Of a DNA stretch of 64,000 bases, positions 57,511 through 64,000 are shown piece after piece. The position numbers and the translations under genes were made by a program. The DNA comes from an uncultured Candidatus Rokubacteria bacterium (GTDB taxonomy: Bacteria > Methylomirabilota > Methylomirabilia > Rokubacteriales > DASRDR01), in assembly GCA_963708025.1 (NCBI GenBank), contig CAVPSB010000017.1:39617-103616 (forward strand). The letters are read 5' to 3'. Numbering within the stretch: position 1 is the stretch's first letter; each line of letters starts with the position of its first letter. The notes beneath the pieces were generated by a model, which searched no databases, was not told the DNA's origin, and was given only the letters and a program-made list of their open reading frames with translations.

Positions 57511-57642
57511 AGCCGGGCCGTGGCCGATGACCGTCGCATCCCGGCGTCCTCGGCCGCGCCCATCCTCGACGTACCAGGGCGTACGTCTCCGGTGGGCGCG
57601 AGCCTGCGTCCTTGGGCTGCTCGGTCCTCGACCACGGCCCGC
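57511..57642. repeat. Family B repeat copy 4, diverged with compensatory changes
   Basis: ggccgatga..gtcgcatc..cgtcctcgg..cgcgcccatcctcgacgtaccagggcgtacgtctccggtgggcgcg..cctgcgtcct..gctgctcg.tcctcg. Confidence 0.8.
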
Positions 57643-57705
57643 AGTCTCAGATAGGAGCGGGTCCCTCGCAGGGCCTGACGTCTCGACCCGCCAGGCCGGG
57701 GCCCG

Positions 57706-57924
57706 TCAGGTGCGGTGGTAGCTGCAGCCGTAGTGACCGCAGCTACAGACCTCCTCGTGGCTCCGGCCCCGGGCGCAGGCGAGGGAGCAGTAGTGAGCGC
57801 CAACCCCCACGTGACACAGGCAGGCGTCGTGCTGGCAGCCGTGCTGGGTCAGCTCGGGGGCGACCTCCATCCCACCCGGGAACATCGGGGTGGAGTGGCC
57901 GGGCGTCATCGGGGTGTCAGACAT
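57706..57924 (-). CDS. Bacterial metallothionein-like protein
   Basis: CQHDACLC...YCSLAC...CSCGHYGC pattern of the SmtA/BmtA family. Confidence 0.7.
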   Translation of the reverse strand: MSDTPMTPGHSTPMFPGGMEVAPELTQHGCQHDACLCHVGVGAHYCSLACARGRSHEEVCSCGHYGCSYHRT

Positions 57925-57956
57925 AGGAACGTCTTTTGCATCGTCTCACGGTCAGC

Positions 57957-58163
57957 ATGATACAGCAAGAGTGGGAGCCCATCATCATCGGGGCCTGCCG
58001 GGTCTGCGCCTGGAAAGCCCTCACCCAGGGCGGGCTGTGCGTGGACTGCCGCGAGGTCCGGGAGTGGAGCCGCGTGAACCGCGCCTTCTGCCGGCTCGTG
58101 CATCGAGTGCGCTACGACGCGGCGGCGTCCGGATCCGAGCCCGCCGTCGCCGTGGCGGCGTAG
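57957..58163 (+). CDS. Small zinc-finger-like protein
   Basis: CRVC...CVDC, then WSRVNRAFCRLVHR; typical codon usage. Confidence 0.55.
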   Translation: MIQQEWEPIIIGACRVCAWKALTQGGLCVDCREVREWSRVNRAFCRLVHRVRYDAAASGSEPAVAVAA

Positions 58164-58202
58164 CGGCAGACACGCTCGGCCGTGGGGGAGCAGGGCGGCC
58201 AC

Positions 58203-59387
58203 CTAGATGGCCCCGTTCGCGCGCAACTGCGCGATCGCGTCGGCAGAGTAGCCGAGCAGCTTTCCCAGGATCTCGTCGGTGTGCTCGCCGAGCCGGGGCG
58301 GCGGCGCCACCGCCTCCCCCGGAGTCTCGGAGAGTCGGATCGGCGGCCCGACCATCCGCATGGGACCCGCCGTAGGATGGACCAGGGAGACCACGGCACC
58401 GCGTGCCTGCAGGTGCTCGGACTCCAGGACTTCCCCCACCGCCTTGATCTTGCCAGCCGGCACCCCCGCCTGCCCCAGCCGCGCCAGCCAGTGGTCCACC
58501 GGTGCCGTCTTGAACACGGCCGCCAGTAGCGGGACCAGGATGTCGCGGTGCTCGACGCGCCGGGCCTCGGTCTCGAATCGCGGATCGCCCGTCAGGTCCA
58601 GCCGCTCGACGGCCTGGCAGAAGCGCCCCCACAGCGAGTTGTTGGCGACGCCGACGGTGAGGTAGCCGTCGGCGGCCTCGAAGACCTCGTAGGGAACGAT
58701 CGAGGGATGCTGGTTCCCGCGCCGCCTCGGGCTGGTGCCGGTCGCGAAGTACGCCTGGCCGTGGTACGTGAGGAGCGCCGCCATGACGTCGAGCATGGCG
58801 ATCTCGACCTTCTGCCCCTGCCCCGTGCGCTCGCGCGCGAACAGGGCGAGCACGATGCCGTGGGCGGCCATCGTCCCGGCGGCGAGGTCGGCGATCGAGT
58901 TCCCGACCTTGACCGGGGGGCCGTCCGGGAACCCGGTGAGGTCCATGATCCCCGACTCTCCCTGGACGATCAGGTCGTAGCCCGGTCGCCCGGCCTCCGG
59001 TCCGCTCTCGCCGAAGCCGGACACCGAGCAGTAGACGAGCCGCGGGTTGAAGGCGTGGACGGCCCGGTAGCCGAAGCCGAGCCGCTCGAGGGTCCCCGGC
59101 CGGAAGTTCTCCAGGAGGACGTCCGCGCCCTCCAGTAGCCGCTGCAGGATGGCCTTGCCCTCGGGCTGCTTCATGTTGAGGGTCAGGCTCTTCTTGCCCC
59201 GGTTGACGCTCATGAAGTACGTCGCCTCGCCGCCCTGGAACGGCGGCCAGGCCCGAGTGTCGTCGCCCCGCTCGGGCTCCTCGACCTTGAGGACCTCGGC
59301 CCCCATGTCGGCGAGCAGCAGCGAGCAGTACGGGCCGGCGAGGACGCGGGAGAGATCCACGACCCGGATGCCGTCGAGCGGCCTCAC
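58203..59387 (-). CDS. CoA-transferase family III (CaiB/BaiF)
   Basis: PLDGIRVVDLSRVLAGP, NRGKKS, ENFRPG, GYD; GTG start overlapping upstream stop. Confidence 0.92.
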   Translation of the reverse strand: MRPLDGIRVVDLSRVLAGPYCSLLLADMGAEVLKVEEPERGDDTRAWPPFQGGEATYFMSVNRGKKSLTLNMKQPEGKAILQRLLEGADVLLENFRPGTLERLGFGYRAVHAFNPRLVYCSVSGFGESGPEAGRPGYDLIVQGESGIMDLTGFPDGPPVKVGNSIADLAAGTMAAHGIVLALFARERTGQGQKVEIAMLDVMAALLTYHGQAYFATGTSPRRRGNQHPSIVPYEVFEAADGYLTVGVANNSLWGRFCQAVERLDLTGDPRFETEARRVEHRDILVPLLAAVFKTAPVDHWLARLGQAGVPAGKIKAVGEVLESEHLQARGAVVSLVHPTAGPMRMVGPPIRLSETPGEAVAPPPRLGEHTDEILGKLLGYSADAIAQLRANGAI

Positions 59388-59815
59388 TCGCCCTCCTTGC
59401 CGGCTGGCCAGCGCGACAGTCGCTTCGCCGCGCTGCGCGCGAAGGCGGCGACCCGTTGGGTGGCCCGGATGCCCCCGCGGCGCCAGATCATGCGCGCCCG
59501 CTCGCCGAGGCTCAGCATCGAGAAGTAGTAGAAGTGGTTGACCGCCTCGATGGCCACCCGGCTGCCGATCTTCAGCCCGTGCGTCTGGGCGCCGTGGCAA
59601 AAGAAGTTGACTCCGTCCTCGAGGCGGACTAGCGCCATGTGCAGGGGCGCGGCGAAACCGGTCGGCGGCGAGTGGAGCGTCGTGAACGAGAGGACCTCAC
59701 CGTAGCCCGGCACCTCGGCCGGCTGCATGGGCGTGCCGTCGTCCGGACAGTAGCGCGCCGGGGGGGCGCAGAGCCGCCCGCAGCGTGCGCAGCGGGACGC
59801 CGGGATCCGTTCCAT
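59384..59815 (-). CDS. Zn-ribbon + OB-fold protein (DUF35 family)
   Basis: RCARCG..P...CPDDG, GEVLSFT, ALVRLEDG; follows a thiolase-like gene. Confidence 0.85.
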   Translation of the reverse strand: MERIPASRCARCGRLCAPPARYCPDDGTPMQPAEVPGYGEVLSFTTLHSPPTGFAAPLHMALVRLEDGVNFFCHGAQTHGLKIGSRVAIEAVNHFYYFSMLSLGERARMIWRRGGIRATQRVAAFARSAAKRLSRWPAGKEGE

Positions 59816-59819
59816 TGAT

Positions 59820-59906
59820 CGGGACCTCCCTCCCACCCCCCCAGCCCCCTCCCCCACCCACTGGGGGGAGGGGGGAGCCGGAGTCACCGACTGGTTCATA
59901 CGCGCT
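59820..59906. repeat. Family C repeat copy 5
   Basis: gggacctccctcccaccccccagccccctccccc...ggggggagggggagccggag...ttcatacgcgct. Confidence 0.8.
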
Positions 59907-61033
59907 CAGGGCGCGCGCTCGAGAAGCGTGACCCAGTTGTTCGTGGCCAGCCCGCCGATCGACTGCGCGAGGCCGACCCGAGCCGACACCTGTCGCCCGC
60001 TCGCCTGCTCGGTGAGCTGCCAGTAGAGCTCGACGACCTGGGCGAGCCCCGTGGCCCCCAGCGGGTGGCCCCGGGCCTTCAACCCGCCCGACGGATTCAC
60101 CGGGAGCCGACCATCCAGCGCCGTCTCCCCGTGGACCATCATCCGGGTCGCCTTGCCGGCCGGCGCGAGGCCCAGGTCCTCCATCGAGATCAGCTCGAAC
60201 GGGGTGAAGGCGTCGTGCAGCTCCGCCACTTCGACGCGCTCGGGCCCGAACCCAGCCATCGCGAACGCCGCCCGGGCGGCATCCTGGGTTGCCCGGAAGC
60301 TCGTGAACTGGTCGCGGTAGCGCAGGGCCAGGTAGTCGGAGCCCTGCCCGATCCCGGCGATCCGCACCGGCGCCGGCTCCGCGACCACCACCACGGCGGC
60401 GGCCCCGTCCGAAATCGGACAGCAGTGGAAGAGCCGGAGCGGATCGGCCACCAGCCGACTCTCCATCACCGTCCCGAGGGTGACCGGCGCCTGGAAGTGC
60501 GCCAACGGGTTCCGGGTGGCATTGGCGTGATTCTTCACGGCCACCAGCGAGATGTCGCGCAGCGTCGCCCCGGTCCGGGCCATCCAGGCGCGGGTCACGA
60601 GCCCGGCCAGGGCCGGCATGGTCGCCCCATAGGAGCGCTCGTAGCCGTCGATGGATCGCCCGATCAGCTCCGAGACGCGGGGGGTGGCGAGGTGCGTCAT
60701 CTTCTCGCCGCCGACGACGAGCACGACGCGATAGATGCCGGCCGAGACGACGGCGAAGGCGGTGAACAGCGCAGCGGCGCCCGACGAGGTGGCGGTCTCG
60801 GCCCGGAGGCTGGGCGTCCGGGACAGGCCGAGGTAGGTCGCGGCGTGGGAGGCGAAGTTCCCCTCCCCGACGAACTCCTCGGGGTTCATGGTGGACACGA
60901 CCAGCGCCTCGGGGCGCTCCTGGCCGGCCGCGGTGAGGGCGCCCCGGGCCGCCTCCGCCATGAGATCCAGGAGCGACTCCGGGCGCGGGCCGAACCGCGT
61001 CATCGCTGCGCCCGCTATGTAGGCGTCGGCCAC
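59906..61033 (-). CDS. SCP2/Ltp2-like thiolase-family protein
   Basis: AVKNHANA..NP.A, CPISDGAAA, ELHDAF, NPSGGLKARGHPLGATG. Confidence 0.9.
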   Translation of the reverse strand: MADAYIAGAAMTRFGPRPESLLDLMAEAARGALTAAGQERPEALVVSTMNPEEFVGEGNFASHAATYLGLSRTPSLRAETATSSGAAALFTAFAVVSAGIYRVVLVVGGEKMTHLATPRVSELIGRSIDGYERSYGATMPALAGLVTRAWMARTGATLRDISLVAVKNHANATRNPLAHFQAPVTLGTVMESRLVADPLRLFHCCPISDGAAAVVVVAEPAPVRIAGIGQGSDYLALRYRDQFTSFRATQDAARAAFAMAGFGPERVEVAELHDAFTPFELISMEDLGLAPAGKATRMMVHGETALDGRLPVNPSGGLKARGHPLGATGLAQVVELYWQLTEQASGRQVSARVGLAQSIGGLATNNWVTLLERAP

Positions 61034-61217
61034 CGGCCTCTCCCCCCTCGCCGCGTGCGCCACGGCACGCCGCTGAATTCAGCGTACCCCGCGCCCTCGC
61101 GCAGAGTCAACGGAAAGGCCGATGCTCAGCGTCGATCGAGCCGTCGCCGGTCAGTATGCCTTCCGGATCGCACTGCCCCTGGCTTCCGCGCCTCCCTTCG
61201 GTCCCCTCCCGGTGTCC

Positions 61218-61529
61218 TCAGCGAGCGACGGAGGCACCCGGCGCGAGCCCTCCGGCGTCGAGTGGCTCGGTGCCGCGCCGCTCGTCGATCGGGACGAGGC
61301 AGTACCGGAAGAGCGCCCACTGCTCGCGCTCCTTCGCCGCCGGGGGCTGCCGGCGATCGCCCCGGCGCCGCTCCCGGCCCACTCCGGCCGGGCCTCGCCG
61401 GCGCTGGGCCCGCCGGCGATCGAGGATCACCTCGACGAAGGCGAGGTCCTCGAGCCGGCGCAGGAGATGCTGATAGAGATCGAGCCGCTGCGGGTGCACG
61501 ACGACGAGCCATCGCTCCGACCCGATCAT
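61218..61529 (-). CDS. Small hypothetical protein with DRR/ERR repeats
   Basis: GGAG before ATG, 8 nt after regulator stop; VEVILDRRRAQRR...ERRRGDRR. Confidence 0.65.
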   Translation of the reverse strand: MIGSERWLVVVHPQRLDLYQHLLRRLEDLAFVEVILDRRRAQRRRGPAGVGRERRRGDRRQPPAAKEREQWALFRYCLVPIDERRGTEPLDAGGLAPGASVAR

Positions 61530-61537
61530 GGCGCACT

Positions 61538-62986
61538 CTACTCCGCGCCCACGGCGACCGGGCGCGGGTCGGCGGACTCCGGGCTCTCGGCGGCTCCCGG
61601 CGCCACCAGCCCGAGGTCGCGAATCAGGCGCGACAGGTAGGTCCGCTGGAGGCCCAGCATCCGGGCCGCCTGCGTCCGGTTCCCGGCGGTGCGGCGCAGG
61701 GCGGAGGCGATGAGCCCGCGCTTGTAGTCCTCGAGCGCCGCCTGGAAGGAGCGGCCGCCCTCGCGCGCCAACCCGCCGGCGAAGCCAGCGTCCCGGACCT
61801 CGATCGGCAGATCCCGCACGCCGATCTCGAGGCCTTCGGCGAGGACGACGGCCCGCTCGATCGCGTTCTCCAGTTCGCGGACGTTCCCCGGCCAGGGGTA
61901 CCGGCACAGACTGGCGAGGGCCGCGGGCTCGAAGCCCACGAGGTCCCGCTTGACCTCGCGCCGGTACCGATCCAGGAAGTGTCGCGCGAGCGGGGGAATG
62001 TCGCCCGGTCGCTCGCGGAGCGGCGGCAGGGTCACCGCCACGACGTGGAGTCGGTAGAAAAGGTCCAGCCGGAACTGGCCCTGCCGGACGGCCTGGCCGA
62101 GGTCGCGATTGGTCGCCGCGACGAAGCGCACGTCCGCGTGGATCGGCCGGGTCCCGCCGACACGCTCGAAGGTCTGGTCCTGGAGGACACGGAGGAGCTT
62201 CGCCTGGAGCGCCGGCCGGATGTCACCGATCTCGTCCAGGAAGACGGTCCCCCCCTGGGCGACCTCGAGTTTTCCCCGCTTCTGCTGATGGGCGCCGGTG
62301 AAGGCACCCTTCTCGTGGCCGAACAGCTCCGATTCCAGCAGCTCCTCGGAGAGCGCCACGCAGTTCACGACGACGAAGGGCCGCTGCGCGCGCAGGCTCC
62401 AGCGATGGATCGCCCGGGCCAGCACCTCCTTGCCGGTCCCGCTCTCCCCCAGGAGGAGCATGGTGGCCCCGCTGGGGGCAGCCCGCCGGGCGACGTCGAG
62501 CACGGCCTCCATGCCCGGACTCTCCCCGACGATCGCCGCGTAGCGATCGCCGATCTCGGAGGAGAGGAGCGCATTCGCGTCCCGGAGGGACTGCCGCTCG
62601 AGCGCCTTCCCGAGCACGATCTCCAGGTGCTTCGGGTCGAACGGCTTCGTCACGAAGTCGTACGCCCCTTTCTTCATCGCCTCCACCGCCCGGGGGATCG
62701 TCCCGTGGGCGGTGATGACGATGATCTGGATCTCGGGGTCCTCCCGCCGGACCGCCTCCAGCACGGCCATGCCGTCCATACCCGGGAGGACCAGGTCGAG
62801 GAGGACGATGGCCGGCGCCTCCTCCCGGACGAGCCGGAGGGCTTCGAGCCCGCGGTCGGCCAGCGTGACCTGGAAGCCGAGGGCCCCCAGCCGGTCGCGG
62901 AGCGACTCGCCCAGATCGGGATCGTCGTCCACGACCAGGATGCGCGTCGACGAGGCGGCCCCTGACTGTGCTCCGGAGTGTGCCAT
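61538..62986 (-). CDS. Sigma-54-dependent response regulator (NtrC/AtoC type)
   Basis: Receiver domain, GESGTGKE, GAFTGA, FLDEIG, WPGNVRELEN, Fis-type HTH. Confidence 0.95.
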   Translation of the reverse strand: MAHSGAQSGAASSTRILVVDDDPDLGESLRDRLGALGFQVTLADRGLEALRLVREEAPAIVLLDLVLPGMDGMAVLEAVRREDPEIQIIVITAHGTIPRAVEAMKKGAYDFVTKPFDPKHLEIVLGKALERQSLRDANALLSSEIGDRYAAIVGESPGMEAVLDVARRAAPSGATMLLLGESGTGKEVLARAIHRWSLRAQRPFVVVNCVALSEELLESELFGHEKGAFTGAHQQKRGKLEVAQGGTVFLDEIGDIRPALQAKLLRVLQDQTFERVGGTRPIHADVRFVAATNRDLGQAVRQGQFRLDLFYRLHVVAVTLPPLRERPGDIPPLARHFLDRYRREVKRDLVGFEPAALASLCRYPWPGNVRELENAIERAVVLAEGLEIGVRDLPIEVRDAGFAGGLAREGGRSFQAALEDYKRGLIASALRRTAGNRTQAARMLGLQRTYLSRLIRDLGLVAPGAAESPESADPRPVAVGAE

Positions 62987-62993
62987 CGTCCCC

Positions 62994-63383
62994 TCACCCC
63001 CGGGCGAAGGCCTGCGCGGTCAGCCGCAGCAGCTCGCCCGGATCGAACGGTTTGAGGAGGAACTCGTCTGCTCCGCGCGACCGGCACGCTTCCGCCGACG
63101 GCCGGTTCGGGGAGCCGGTCAGGATGATCACGCGGGCATCGGGGGCGGCTCGGCGCAGCTCGACGAGCGCGTCGAACCCGGACAGCCGCGGCATCTTGAG
63201 GTCGAGGATGATGCAGCCCGGCCGGGCCGTCCGGACGCGCTCGAGCGCCTCCAGCCCGTCTCCCGCCGTCAGCACGCGATAGCCTTCGGCCTGGAGCCGG
63301 TCGGTGAGGATCTCCAGCAGGTCGGCGTCGTCGTCCACCACGAGAACGAGCCCGGCGGTGGGCGGGGCGCCGGGGGCCGTCAC
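62994..63383 (-). CDS. Single-domain response regulator
   Basis: VLVVDDD, LDLKMP, ILTG, KPF. Confidence 0.9.
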   Translation of the reverse strand: MTAPGAPPTAGLVLVVDDDADLLEILTDRLQAEGYRVLTAGDGLEALERVRTARPGCIILDLKMPRLSGFDALVELRRAAPDARVIILTGSPNRPSAEACRSRGADEFLLKPFDPGELLRLTAQAFARG

Positions 63384-64000
63384 GAGAGGCCTCCCGGGGC
63401 CGCGGGAAGGAGGACCACGAAGGTCGAGCCACCGGGGAAGGCGTCCTCCGCCCAGATCCGACCGCTGTGGAGCTCGACCAGGTGGCGCGTGATCGTGAGC
63501 CCGAGGCCGCTGCCCGAGGGACGCTGGCCGTCGAGGCGGCCGACCTGGTAGAACTTGTCGAACACGCGCTCCCGCTCGGCCGGCGGGATGCCGGGACCCG
63601 TGTCGCGCACCGCCAGCCGGACCATGTCAGGACTCTCGGGGGTTGCCATCACGGTCACCTCGCCGGTGGCCGGCGTGAACTTGAGCGCGTTCGAGATGAG
63701 GTTCATGAGCACCCGGTGGAGCTTGTCGGGATCCGCGTTGACCAGGGGGCAGGGCGCAACGTCCACCGCGAGGCGGATCCCGCGGGCCCGCGCCAGCGGG
63801 CGGAGGCTTTCGGTCGCCTCCACCACTGCCTCGGTCACGTCGAGCGGCGTTGGCACGATTTCGATTTTTCCGGCCTCGATGCGAGCCAGGTCCAGGAGGT
63901 CGCCGACCATCCGCCCGAGCCGCTCCACGTTGTCCTGGACCCGCGCCAGGTAGTGGCACTGCTTGTCCACCAGCGGGCCCGTCACCCCGTCGAGGAGGTT
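63380..64000 (-). CDS. Sensor histidine kinase, 3' part (runs off window end)
   Basis: NLISNALKFT, DTGPGI, FDKF, GSGLGL boxes. Confidence 0.9.
   Translation of the reverse strand, partial: NLLDGVTGPLVDKQCHYLARVQDNVERLGRMVGDLLDLARIEAGKIEIVPTPLDVTEAVVEATESLRPLARARGIRLAVDVAPCPLVNADPDKLHRVLMNLISNALKFTPATGEVTVMATPESPDMVRLAVRDTGPGIPPAERERVFDKFYQVGRLDGQRPSGSGLGLTITRHLVELHSGRIWAEDAFPGGSTFVVLLPAAPGGLS

Noticed and set aside
8111-59906. CRISPR array from the recurring palindromes
   Set aside because: Copies are dispersed singly, with no repeat-spacer periodicity and no cas genes
1-64000. tRNA (including tRNA-Sec), rRNA, transposase, integrase or prophage genes
   Set aside because: None recognisable by eye; Sec machinery would have to lie outside this window

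Overview
High-GC (roughly 70%) bacterial DNA with about 65 coding regions. They are mostly metabolic enzymes (PLP aminotransferases, CoA-transferases, thiolases, dehydratase, citramalate synthase), three ABC systems, a sigma-54 two-component cluster cut by the window end, and many small orphan proteins. Gene content and repeats suggest a Rokubacteria/Methylomirabilota-type genome, which is an inference only. At least ten genes carry single-base frameshifts, most likely assembly errors. Main signals: (1) an apparent tandem selenoprotein unit on the minus strand (34076-33217). A protein-disulfide oxidoreductase has an in-frame TGA in its active site (T-U-P-H-C) and is coupled to a tiny membrane protein whose PT-TGA is followed by a strong SECIS-like hairpin and an open extension ending at the next gene. 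(2) A 453-aa LAGLIDADG intein with an HTH-like insert splits the CxxxCxxC motif of an AmmeMemoRadiSam radical SAM enzyme. (3) Four families of palindromic intergenic repeats occur, one with compensatory base changes and one that appears to supply Shine-Dalgarno sites to downstream genes. (4) There is an sxtJ/sxtI/sxtK/SGNH-like carbamoylation cassette, a metallothionein-like gene, and several probable leaderless promoters. No rRNA, tRNA, CRISPR array or transposase was seen. Family assignments come from recognising motifs by eye, not from database searches.
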